Positions 44,027 to 52,832 of a stretch of DNA of 64,000 bases are shown piece by piece (the stretch's first letter is position 1; each line of letters begins with the position of its first letter). Source of the DNA: Myxococcota bacterium. GTDB taxonomy: Bacteria > Myxococcota_A > UBA9160 > UBA6930. A model generated the notes under the pieces. It searched no databases, was not told the origin of the DNA, and saw nothing but the letters and a program-made list of their open reading frames with translations. Where the stretch lies: contig OZ245002.1 in NCBI GenBank assembly GCA_965223415.1, positions 160,001 through 224,000 on the forward strand, read 5' to 3'. The position numbers and the translations under genes are program-made.

Positions 44027-45661
44027 CTAGAAACGCCACGGCTCGAACTGGTACTCGACGCCGGCGCGGATGAGGAAGCGCTCGACTTCCCGGTTCCGGG
44101 TCAGGTTTCCCTTGACTTCGTCGGACGTCCATCGGATGGACCCGCGCAGAAACACGCGCTTGCGCAGGCGATAGCTGGCGGAGAGGCGCGCCGTCATCAG
44201 GATCGAGTCGAAGTCCCGGTCGAACTTCCGGCCGCGGATCGCCGAGGCCATCGCCACGTTGTCGAAGCGGAGGCGCCGGCCCGTGAAGAAGCCCGCGGCG
44301 AAGCAGGCGGGTGGGGTGGTCAGGAAGGCGCACGCCCGGTTGTCCGTGAAGAGCGAGCCGCTCTGGAGACCCGTCGCGAACTCCACGATCTCCTGGGACT
44401 GCTCCCGCCGGATCCAGTTCGCCGCCAGGGTGATGCGCAGCTTCTGGGAAGGGGTCCAGACCAGGTTCGCGAAGAGGCGATCGGAGACTGACGTCACCGC
44501 GAAGGTCGAGGTCGAGCTGTCGTCGCTGCGGCGATAGCCCACGGCGAGCAGCCAGTTCTCCCACGCCTTGCGGAGCGTGACGTCCGCGAAGTACGTGACG
44601 TCGTCATCCACCGAGTCGAAGTCGTCCACGATATTCAGGGTGCTGACCGAGGCACGCTGCGCCGCGATCTGGTCCGCTTCGCTGACGCCGTTGAGGGTGA
44701 GGAACTGCGGGAGCCCCGCGCCCGCCGCCGGCGCGCTCTCGATGGTCACGTTCTCGAAGAACTCCAACGGTTCGCAGGTCTCATCGAGGAACGGCGTCCC
44801 GTCAGAGAGGGTCGGGCAGGTGCGAATGTCGAGGGCGGTGCTCCCGGGATAGGTGAGCGCGGTTCCTCGGGTGGGACGATCGATCTCGTCGCTCAGCACG
44901 AGCGCTGGCCCTGCGGACACGTCGATCACGAAGGTCTTGTCGACCTGGTGGACGACCCGGAGCGACAGGTTGACGAAGTCCGTCGAGGTGCGTTGGGTGA
45001 ATGCCGGCTTCTGGATCCTCCGACTCCAGCCGAGCGCGGGCCCGATCCGGGTGCGCGGGGAGAGCACGTACAGGTGGGACAGCGACGCCCCGTAGTTCTC
45101 CTGGTCCGGGCGCGTCTCGTCCCGGCGGTCGTAGATCAGATGATTCCCGGCCAGCGTCACCACGTTGCGGGCGTTCAGCTGGTGGTTGAGCTCGATCCCG
45201 ATCCGGTTCTGGAGGATGCGCCGACGGGTCTGTCGCGTCTCGAGCACCGGATCGTCGCCCAGAGCGACGTCGGTGGTCTCGTTGAATCGCGACTCCAGGC
45301 CGAAGCGTCGCAGACGATCTTCGATGCTCAGGGAGGTACGCGGACTGATCTGCCAGAGGAGCGTGCCCTCGACGTCGTGATCCCAGCCGCGCAGCTCGTG
45401 ATGCTCGAAGAAGTGCTCGTAGCGCGGCCGGTACTCGAAGCTCCACTGGAGATCTCCGTCCGGCTCCTCGACCCGCAGGACTGGCTGCACCCGGAGCGAC
45501 CAATCCCCGTCCTCGGCGAGGAGATCTTCCTTCGCGGCGCCGAAGACGTTGTCGTCCCGCACCACCTCGGTTCGGAATCCGAACGAGGCCTCCCCTCCCC
45601 ACGACGGGCAGGGGAAGGCCAGGAGAGCGGCCAGGACGGGCGTGAGGATCGCAGTACGCAT
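44027..45661 (-). CDS. Outer-membrane beta-barrel protein of the polysaccharide export locus
   Basis: Signal peptide, DDNVF N-terminal motif, alternating amphipathic strands, C-terminal GVEYQF..WRF. TGATG overlap with the OPX gene. Confidence 0.75.
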   Translation of the reverse strand: MRTAILTPVLAALLAFPCPSWGGEASFGFRTEVVRDDNVFGAAKEDLLAEDGDWSLRVQPVLRVEEPDGDLQWSFEYRPRYEHFFEHHELRGWDHDVEGTLLWQISPRTSLSIEDRLRRFGLESRFNETTDVALGDDPVLETRQTRRRILQNRIGIELNHQLNARNVVTLAGNHLIYDRRDETRPDQENYGASLSHLYVLSPRTRIGPALGWSRRIQKPAFTQRTSTDFVNLSLRVVHQVDKTFVIDVSAGPALVLSDEIDRPTRGTALTYPGSTALDIRTCPTLSDGTPFLDETCEPLEFFENVTIESAPAAGAGLPQFLTLNGVSEADQIAAQRASVSTLNIVDDFDSVDDDVTYFADVTLRKAWENWLLAVGYRRSDDSSTSTFAVTSVSDRLFANLVWTPSQKLRITLAANWIRREQSQEIVEFATGLQSGSLFTDNRACAFLTTPPACFAAGFFTGRRLRFDNVAMASAIRGRKFDRDFDSILMTARLSASYRLRKRVFLRGSIRWTSDEVKGNLTRNREVERFLIRAGVEYQFEPWRF

Positions 45662-46254
45662 CAGTCGGCGACGATCACCGTGTCCCCGGGTTGGAGCAGC
45701 ACGTTGGTGCCCGGGGCGGCGCCGCGCGCGTAGGCGTTGTAGTCGAAGGCGTACTCCACCTCGTCGTGGCCGTCGCGGCGAATGATCTTGATGTCGCCCT
45801 TGTCGGCGAACTGGCCGAAGCCGCCGGCCATCGAGATGGCGTCGGTCACGCGGAGGTCGCGGACCAGCGGAACCGGCCCGGACCGCGCCACCTCGCCCAG
45901 CACGAAGACCCGCTTGCTCAGGGGCTGGAGAACGACCACCGTCACGTCCGGGGCGGAGATATAGTCCTCGAGCTTCTCCCCGATCGCGGCCTTCAGCTGG
46001 GTCGGGGTGAGCCCGTCCGCCTGGATGTCGTCGGCCAGCGGCACGGAGATCATGCCGTCCACCCGCACCGGCACCTCGCCGCTGATCTCCGGGTTCTTCC
46101 ACACGACGACTCTCAGCATGTCACCGGCGCCGATCACGTACTCCCCCCGGTCGAGGGGCGCCTCGGTGGGCGGCGGCGCGGGGCGGTTCCCGACGCAGGC
46201 CACCGCCAGGAGCAGCAGCGCGACCGCCAGGGCGATGGGGTGGATTCGGGTCAT
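45661..46254 (-). CDS. Short OPX/Wza polysaccharide export lipoprotein
   Basis: Lipobox AVAC, PES motif YVIGAGDML..VRVDGMISVPL, one SLBB domain. Ends LQPGDTVIVAD; 197 aa. Confidence 0.9.
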   Translation of the reverse strand: MTRIHPIALAVALLLLAVACVGNRPAPPPTEAPLDRGEYVIGAGDMLRVVVWKNPEISGEVPVRVDGMISVPLADDIQADGLTPTQLKAAIGEKLEDYISAPDVTVVVLQPLSKRVFVLGEVARSGPVPLVRDLRVTDAISMAGGFGQFADKGDIKIIRRDGHDEVEYAFDYNAYARGAAPGTNVLLQPGDTVIVAD

Positions 46255-46280
46255 GATCTCTCCAACGGGGGTGGTTGGGC

Positions 46281-47696
46281 CTAGCGGCTCTCGGCCAGCC
46301 CGTTTTCCTTCATCTTGTAGAGCAGCGCCTTGTAGCTGATCTGTAACCGCTCCGCGGCTTCCTTCCGGTTCCACCGGGTCTGGGTGAGCACCTTCGCGAT
46401 CACCCGTTTCTCCGCCGCGCGGGCCGCGTTCTTGGCGATCTGCTTCAGGTCGACGCCGTTGCCGTTGGCCAGCTCGGCGCCCAGGGCCTCGAGATCGAGG
46501 AAGGCGGCGCTGCCGGCCTCCTCGGGCTCGGCGCGCAGGGCCATCTCCTGGGTGACGGCCTCCTCGCTGCCCAGCACGATCATCCGGCGCACCATGTTCT
46601 CGAGCTCCCGGACGTTGCCGGGCCAGTGGTACTCCTCGAAGCGCTGCATGGTGTCCGGCGAGAGGGGGCCGGCCTGCTTGCCGTACTCGGCGCCGAACTT
46701 GCGCAGGAAGTGGTCCACCAGCAGGGCCACGCCGCCCTTGCGGTCGCGCAGGGGGGGCATCGACACGGTCACGACATTGAGCCGGTAGTAGAGATCCTCC
46801 CGGAACTCGCCCTTCTGCACGGCCTCCTCGAGGTTGCGATTCGTGGCGGCGAGGATGCGGGTATCCACCTGCACGTCGCTCTCGCCGCCCAGCCGCGAGA
46901 ACTCGCCGTCCTGGAGCACCTGGAGGAGCTTGGCCTGGAGGGCCGGGCTCATCTCGCCGATCTCGTCGAGGAAGATCGTGCCGCGGTTCGCGAACTCGAA
47001 CTTCCCGAGCTTGCGCTTCTGGGCGCCGGTGAAGGCTCCCTTCTCGAAGCCGAAGAGCTCGCTCTCGAGCAGCTCCGAGGGCAGCGCCGCGCAGTTCACC
47101 TTGACGAAGGGGCGCTCGCGGCGGCCGCTCTGCTCGTGCAGGCTGCGGGCGACCACCTCCTTGCCGGTCCCGCTCTCGCCGCGGATCAGCACGGTGATGT
47201 CGGTGTCGGCGACCTGCTCGATCACGTCGCGCACCGAGCGCATCTTCTCGTCGTCGTCGGCGAGGATCAGCTGGGTGCCGCGCTTGGCGGCCTGGCCGCG
47301 CAGCTGCTCCACCTCCTCCTTGAGGGCGCGGTGCTCGAGGGCCTTCTGAAAGGCCAGCTCCAGCTCCTCCACCTCGAAGGGCTTGCGCAGGAAGTCCGAG
47401 GCGCCGAGCTGCATCGCCTCGACGATGGTGCGGGCGTGGCCGTGGCCCGAGAGCATCACGACGGGAACGTCGGGCAAACGCTTTTTGATTCGCCGCAGGG
47501 TCTCGAGGCCGTCCATGCCTTCGAGGACGACGTCGAGCGTCACGAGGTCCGGTCTCGTCCGGGAAAGGCCCTCCAGGGCCTCCTCCCCACCGGCCGCCGT
47601 GAACACCTCGTACCCATGACGCTCCAGCAGCGCATCCAGCAGTTCCCGGATGCCCGGATCGTCGTCGATCACGAGTACGCGAAAGGTGTCGTTCAC
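46281..47696 (-). CDS. Sigma-54-dependent (NtrC-family) response regulator
   Basis: REC, GESGTGKE, GAFTGA, WPGNVREL and HTH. GTG at 47696; start uncertain. Confidence 0.93.
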   Translation of the reverse strand: MNDTFRVLVIDDDPGIRELLDALLERHGYEVFTAAGGEEALEGLSRTRPDLVTLDVVLEGMDGLETLRRIKKRLPDVPVVMLSGHGHARTIVEAMQLGASDFLRKPFEVEELELAFQKALEHRALKEEVEQLRGQAAKRGTQLILADDDEKMRSVRDVIEQVADTDITVLIRGESGTGKEVVARSLHEQSGRRERPFVKVNCAALPSELLESELFGFEKGAFTGAQKRKLGKFEFANRGTIFLDEIGEMSPALQAKLLQVLQDGEFSRLGGESDVQVDTRILAATNRNLEEAVQKGEFREDLYYRLNVVTVSMPPLRDRKGGVALLVDHFLRKFGAEYGKQAGPLSPDTMQRFEEYHWPGNVRELENMVRRMIVLGSEEAVTQEMALRAEPEEAGSAAFLDLEALGAELANGNGVDLKQIAKNAARAAEKRVIAKVLTQTRWNRKEAAERLQISYKALLYKMKENGLAESR

Positions 47697-48016
47697 TGGG
47701 GGATCTCCGGCTCTATCTCGAGTCGGTGTGCGATGAGTGTGCATATGTGTCCCGCCGGGGTGCGGAGGTTGCGCGCACATCCAAATTCGGAACCGAAATC
47801 GCTACCTTCTCGGGCTTGTCGGCCACCCATGGCATGGACCGAAGGCGACGTGAGAAAGATGGTTCCTTCGGTGGAAAAACGGGCGACCAAGGGAACGGAT
47901 CTTCTCTCGTTTCCAGCCCGGCTTCAAGAGCCTTCGAGAGCTGACGCGATTTCGCCCCGGGAACACGAACGAGATACGATGGGTCCCCCGGGGGCAACCC
48001 TCGTCTCGACGAGAGC

Positions 48017-49117
48017 ATGACGACGCAGACGACCGAGCTGATGGTGGTGGCGGGCGCCCGGCCCAATTTCATGAAGGTGGCGCCGATCCTCCGGGAGCTG
48101 GAGGGGAGGCCCGAGCTCCGGGTCTTCCTGATCCACACGGGCCAGCACTACGACGAGGCCATGTCCACGGGCTTCTTTCGCGACCTGGGGATCGCCGAGC
48201 CGGACCTCAACCTGGCCGTGGGCTCCGGCACCCATGGGGAGATGACGGCCGAGGTGCTGCGCCGAGTCGAGCCGGTGCTGGCGGAGCGGCGCCCCGGGGC
48301 CCTGCTGGTGGTGGGCGACGTCAACTCGACCCTGGCGGCCACCCTGGCGGCCTCGAAGCTGGGCGTGCCGGTGGCTCACGTGGAGGCCGGCCTGCGCTCC
48401 TTCGACCGGGACATGCCCGAGGAGATCAACCGGGTCCTGACCGACGCGATCTCGGACTGGCTGTTCGTGACCGAGCCCTCGGGCCGGGAGAACCTGCTGC
48501 GGGAGGGGGTGCCGGAGGCGCGCATCCACCTGGTCGGCAACGTCATGATCGATACCCTGCTCGCCAACCGCGAGAAGGCCCGCGGGAGCGACGTGCTGGA
48601 GCGCCTGGGGCTCGAGGAGGGTGGATACGCCGCGTTGACCCTCCACCGGCCGAGCAACGTGGACGATCCGGACCAGCTCGCGAGCCTGTTCGCGCTCTTC
48701 GAGGAGATCCACCGGGAGCTGCCGGTGGTATTTCCCATCCACCCGCGCACCCGCGCGGCCATCGAGAAGCAGCTCGGGGGACGGGCCCCCGGCATCCAGC
48801 TCATCGATCCGCTCGGATACCTCGATTTCCTGCGCCTGATGGCCGATGCGAGACTCGTCCTCACCGATTCCGGGGGCGTCCAGGAGGAGACGACGGTGCT
48901 CGGCGTTCCCTGCCTGACCCTTCGCGAGAACACGGAGCGACCCGTGACCGTCACCCAGGGTACGAACCAGATCGTCGGCCGCGACCCGGACACGATCCGC
49001 GCCGAGGTCCGCAAGATCCTCGATGGCGAGGGGAAGCAGGGCCGCATCCCGGACCTGTGGGACGGAGGCGCGGCCGCCCGCATCGTGGACGTGCTGGCTG
49101 CGGAGCTCCGGGACTGA
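48017..49117 (+). CDS. wecB: UDP-N-acetylglucosamine 2-epimerase (non-hydrolysing)
   Basis: GARPNFMK, HTGQHYD, HVEAGLRS, PEEINR, TDSGGVQEE, TERP. Confidence 0.94.
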   Translation: MTTQTTELMVVAGARPNFMKVAPILRELEGRPELRVFLIHTGQHYDEAMSTGFFRDLGIAEPDLNLAVGSGTHGEMTAEVLRRVEPVLAERRPGALLVVGDVNSTLAATLAASKLGVPVAHVEAGLRSFDRDMPEEINRVLTDAISDWLFVTEPSGRENLLREGVPEARIHLVGNVMIDTLLANREKARGSDVLERLGLEEGGYAALTLHRPSNVDDPDQLASLFALFEEIHRELPVVFPIHPRTRAAIEKQLGGRAPGIQLIDPLGYLDFLRLMADARLVLTDSGGVQEETTVLGVPCLTLRENTERPVTVTQGTNQIVGRDPDTIRAEVRKILDGEGKQGRIPDLWDGGAAARIVDVLAAELRD

Positions 49118-49389
49118 TGGCCGCTGCCGTCCACCCGGAGGAGCAGCCCGGCTTCTTCCGCCGCCTCTACCTGGGCTGGCTGGAGGTCGCCGCCCGCTTC
49201 GGTGAGGCCCAGACCCTGGTGATCCTCTTCGTCGTCTACGCCGCTGTGATCGGACCGATGGCGATCCTGTCCGCCCTGGCCCGGCGGGATTTCCTCACCA
49301 AGCGCGGCCTCGGTGAGGCCGGCAGCGCCTGGGCCGACGCCGATACCGTCACCGCGCCGGATCGCGACCGCGCCCGGCGCATGTTCTAG
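49117..49389 (+). CDS. SxtJ-like small membrane protein
   Basis: TGATG coupling to wecB. LYLGW..G....ILFVVY..IGP..RRD....SAW..MF pattern. Precedes the carbamoyltransferase. Confidence 0.7.
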   Translation: MAAAVHPEEQPGFFRRLYLGWLEVAARFGEAQTLVILFVVYAAVIGPMAILSALARRDFLTKRGLGEAGSAWADADTVTAPDRDRARRMF

Positions 49390-49400
49390 GGGGAGCGCTC

Positions 49401-51137
49401 GTGAACATCCTCGGCATCTCCTGCTTCTATCACGACAGCGCCGCCGCGCTGCTGCGCGACGGCGAGCTCGTGGCCGCGGCCCACGAGGAGCGCTTCACCC
49501 GCAAGCGCCACGACGCGAGCGTGCCGAAGCGCGCCGTCGACTACTGCCTCCAGGAGGCCGACCTTCGCCTCTCGGACCTGGACGCGCTGGTCTTCTACGA
49601 CAAGCCCTTCGTGAAGTTCGAGCGCATCCTGATGACCTACCTGGCGACCTTCCCGCGCTCGCTGCCCTCCTTCGCCAAGGCGATCCCGCTCTGGCTGAAG
49701 GAGAAGCTCAACGTGCCGAAGGCCCTGGAGCACGAGCTCGGCTACGAGGGCGAGGTGCTCTTCGCCGAGCACCACCAGAGCCACGCGGCCTCCGCCTTCC
49801 TGCCCTCCCCCTTCGAGGAGGCGGCGATCCTCACCGTCGACGGCGTGGGCGAGTGGGCGACCGCCACCCAGGGCATCGGCCGCGGCAACGAGCTCGAGCT
49901 GATCCACGAGATCCGCTTCCCCCACTCGCTGGGGCTGCTCTACAGCGCCTTCACCTACTACCTGGGCTTCAAGGTCAACTCCGCCGAGTACAAGGTGATG
50001 GGCGCCGCGCCCTACGGCGAGCCCAAGTACGCGGACAAGATCTTCGAGCACCTGGTCGACCTGCGCGAAGACGGCTCCTTCAAGCTGAACATGAAGTACT
50101 TCGCCTACGACTACGGCCTCACCATGACCAACAAGCGCTTCGAGAAGCTCTTCGGCGAGCCTCGTCGCGAGGGCGAGAGCGAGATGCAGGACTTCCACTG
50201 GGACATGGCAGCCAGCATCCAGAAGGTCACGGAAGAGGTCGTGCTGCGCGTCGCCCGCGATCTCCACGCCAAGACCGGCATGAAGAACCTGTGCATGGCC
50301 GGCGGTGTGGCGCTGAACTGCGTGGCCAACGGACGGCTGATCCGCGAGGGCCCCTTCGAGAACCTGTGGGTGCAGCCCGCGGCCGGAGACGCAGGTGGCG
50401 CCCTCGGAGCGGCGATGTTCGCCGAGCACTGCGTGATGGACCGCCCGCGCAAGTTCCGCATGGACCACGCCTACTGGGGCCCCGAATACGACGACGAGGA
50501 GATCCGCAAGTTCCTCGAGCTTCGCGGCGCTCCCTACCACACCTTCTCCCGCGACGAGATGATCCGCGAGACCGCCCGCCACCTGGACGAGCAGAAGGTG
50601 ATCGGCTGGTTCCAGGGCCGCATGGAGTGGGGCCCGCGCTCCCTCGGCAGCCGCTCGATCCTGGCCGACGCGCGGAACGAGGAGAACTGGAAGCGGGTGA
50701 ACCTGAAGATCAAGTTCCGCGAGAGCTTCCGCCCCTTCGCCCCCGCCGTGCTGGCCGAGAAGGCCGACGAGTGGTTCGACATCGACCGCGAGAGCCCCTA
50801 CATGCTGCTCGTCTGCCAGGTGCGCGAGGACCGGAACGCCCCGGCGATCACCCATGTGGACGGGTCGGCGCGGTTGCAGACCGTCACTCGCGAGAGCCAC
50901 GCGGAGTTCTACGACCTGATCCGGGCCTTCGACGAGCGCAGCGGCTGCCCGGTGGTCATCAACACCTCCTTCAACGTCCGCGGCGAGCCGATCGTGTGCA
51001 CGCCGGAGGACGCCTACCTCTGCTTCATGCGAACCAACATGGACGTGCTCGTGCTCGGCAACCAGATCCTCCTGAAGGAGGAGCAGCCGGAGCTGGTCGA
51101 GGAGTTCGACTGGCGCGACCGCTACGAGCTCGACTGA
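49401..51137 (+). CDS. O-carbamoyltransferase (NodU/CmcH/SxtI family)
   Basis: HDSAAA, EERFTRKRH, HHQSHAAS, DGVGE, EYKVMG, GGVALNC, GPRSLGSRS, KFRESFRPFAP, NTSFN. Confidence 0.95.
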   Translation: MNILGISCFYHDSAAALLRDGELVAAAHEERFTRKRHDASVPKRAVDYCLQEADLRLSDLDALVFYDKPFVKFERILMTYLATFPRSLPSFAKAIPLWLKEKLNVPKALEHELGYEGEVLFAEHHQSHAASAFLPSPFEEAAILTVDGVGEWATATQGIGRGNELELIHEIRFPHSLGLLYSAFTYYLGFKVNSAEYKVMGAAPYGEPKYADKIFEHLVDLREDGSFKLNMKYFAYDYGLTMTNKRFEKLFGEPRREGESEMQDFHWDMAASIQKVTEEVVLRVARDLHAKTGMKNLCMAGGVALNCVANGRLIREGPFENLWVQPAAGDAGGALGAAMFAEHCVMDRPRKFRMDHAYWGPEYDDEEIRKFLELRGAPYHTFSRDEMIRETARHLDEQKVIGWFQGRMEWGPRSLGSRSILADARNEENWKRVNLKIKFRESFRPFAPAVLAEKADEWFDIDRESPYMLLVCQVREDRNAPAITHVDGSARLQTVTRESHAEFYDLIRAFDERSGCPVVINTSFNVRGEPIVCTPEDAYLCFMRTNMDVLVLGNQILLKEEQPELVEEFDWRDRYELD

Positions 51138-51167
51138 GCGTCCACGCCTCTCGAGGAGTCTCCACCG

Positions 51168-51320
51168 ATGATGTCGATCCTGTCCGAGCTCTGGGAGTTC
51201 ATGCGCGTGCGCAAGAAGTGGTGGCTGGGCCCGATCCTGGTCACCATGGTCCTGCTCTCCGCCCTGATCGTCCTCACCCAGGGATCCGCGGTGGCACCGT
51301 TCATCTACGCGCTGTTCTGA
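51168..51320 (+). CDS. SxtK-like (DUF5989) 50-aa membrane peptide, absent from the ORF track
   Basis: GAGGAG RBS. MMSILSELWEFMRVRKKWWLGPILVTMVLLSALIVLTQGSAVAPFIYALF. Confidence 0.85.
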   Translation: MMSILSELWEFMRVRKKWWLGPILVTMVLLSALIVLTQGSAVAPFIYALF

Positions 51321-51338
51321 GCGAGCGCGTCCCCCCAC

Positions 51339-52832
51339 GTGTCGCGCGTCAGGCCGGTCATCCACTTCACGGAGCAGAAGGGGTACACGAGCCCCCTGCC
51401 CTTCCATCCTCCGGAGCGCTACCCGGAGCTGGGAGGACTGCCCGCGGAGACCGACCCGTCGAACGACACCTTCGCCGGCGTGCGGCGCATGCTGCGCGCC
51501 CAGGGCTACGACGCCGGGCGCTACGGCACGCCGGACTGGTCGCCCCTCTCGGAGCTGGCGCCGGCGGGCGGCACCGTGGTGCTGAAGCCCAACTTCGTCC
51601 GGCACTACAACGAGACCCACGGCGACCCGGTGGAGGCCGTCGTCACCCAGCTGGCGGTGCTGCGGCCGCTCGTCGACTACGCCTGGAAGGCGGTGGGCCC
51701 GGGCGGGCGGGTGATCGTCGCCGACGCGCCCCAGTACGACTGCGAGATCGAGGTGCTGCTGGAGAAGCTCCGCATGGACGAGTTCCTGGCCTTCTACCGG
51801 GAGGCCCTCGGCCAGCCCCTCGAATTCCGCGACCTACGGGTCGAGTTCGGCAGCCACGTCCACGGCATCCAGACCGAGAAGCGGAAGCTCGCCGGGGACC
51901 CGGAGGGCTACGCGGCCGTCGACCTGGGTGCGGCCAGCGAGTTCGCCGCCATGCCGGATCACGAGCTCCGGCTCATCCGCGGCGCCGACTACGACGAAGA
52001 GGTCACCATCCGCCACCACAGCGGGGGGCGGAACGAGTACCTGGTCTCGAAGACGGTGCTGGGCGCGGACCTGCTCGTGAACGTTCCCAAGATCAAGACC
52101 CACAAGAAGGCCGGCGTCACCCTCTCGATGAAGAACCTGATCGGGATCAACGGGGACAAGAACTGGCTGCCCCACTACCGACTCGGCTTCGGGAGCCGGG
52201 GCGGCGACGAGTTCCCCCAGCCGGACCTCTACTCCCGCGTGCGCATGGCAGGCAGCGAGCTGGCGCGCCGGCTGCTGAAGCGCGGCATCGGCGCCGGCGT
52301 CTTTCGGAGGCTCCGCACCCTCGAGCACGCTGCCGGCCTGGACGAGCGCACCCGCGCCGGCAACTGGCACGGCAACGACACGATCTGGCGGACGTGCCTC
52401 GACCTGAACAAGGTCCTCTACCACACGGACGCGGCGGGACGGCTCGGCGGCCGCACCCGGCGCGTCCTCCACGTGTACGACGGCGTGGTCTCCGGCGAGG
52501 GCCGTGGGCCGATGGGACCGGATCCCCGGCCTCTGGGGCTCCTGGCGATGGGCGAGGACGGCGGCGCCGCGGACGTGGTCCTCACCTGGATCATGGGCTT
52601 CGACTGGCGCAAGATCCCGGTGCTCGAGCAGGCCTTCGGGCCCCTGGCCGGCGATCTCGCGATCTCGGCCTTCGACGGCGACCCGCGAACGCTGCCGGTG
52701 CTGTGGCTCGAGGGCGACGAAGCGCGAGAGCTGCGCTTCTCCGATATCGACCTGAACCTCCATTTCCGCGCACACCCGGGCTGGGAAGGCGCGATCGAAC
52801 GAGAGCCTCGAGAGACCGCATGCGCCAGCTGA
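51339..52832 (+). CDS. DUF362 domain protein
   Basis: VVLKPN, NVPKIKTHKKAGVTLSMKNLIG, DGVVSGEGRGP. Confidence 0.82.
   Translation: MSRVRPVIHFTEQKGYTSPLPFHPPERYPELGGLPAETDPSNDTFAGVRRMLRAQGYDAGRYGTPDWSPLSELAPAGGTVVLKPNFVRHYNETHGDPVEAVVTQLAVLRPLVDYAWKAVGPGGRVIVADAPQYDCEIEVLLEKLRMDEFLAFYREALGQPLEFRDLRVEFGSHVHGIQTEKRKLAGDPEGYAAVDLGAASEFAAMPDHELRLIRGADYDEEVTIRHHSGGRNEYLVSKTVLGADLLVNVPKIKTHKKAGVTLSMKNLIGINGDKNWLPHYRLGFGSRGGDEFPQPDLYSRVRMAGSELARRLLKRGIGAGVFRRLRTLEHAAGLDERTRAGNWHGNDTIWRTCLDLNKVLYHTDAAGRLGGRTRRVLHVYDGVVSGEGRGPMGPDPRPLGLLAMGEDGGAADVVLTWIMGFDWRKIPVLEQAFGPLAGDLAISAFDGDPRTLPVLWLEGDEARELRFSDIDLNLHFRAHPGWEGAIEREPRETACAS

Noticed and set aside
47697..48016. Sigma-54 promoter or CRP box in the divergent intergenic region
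   Set aside because: No convincing TGGCAC-N5-TTGC or TGTGA-N6-TCACA match by eye. A PWM scan is needed.
49117..51320. Saxitoxin biosynthesis
   Set aside because: No sxtA-like PKS, amidinotransferase or other core genes are present. The context is polysaccharide synthesis.
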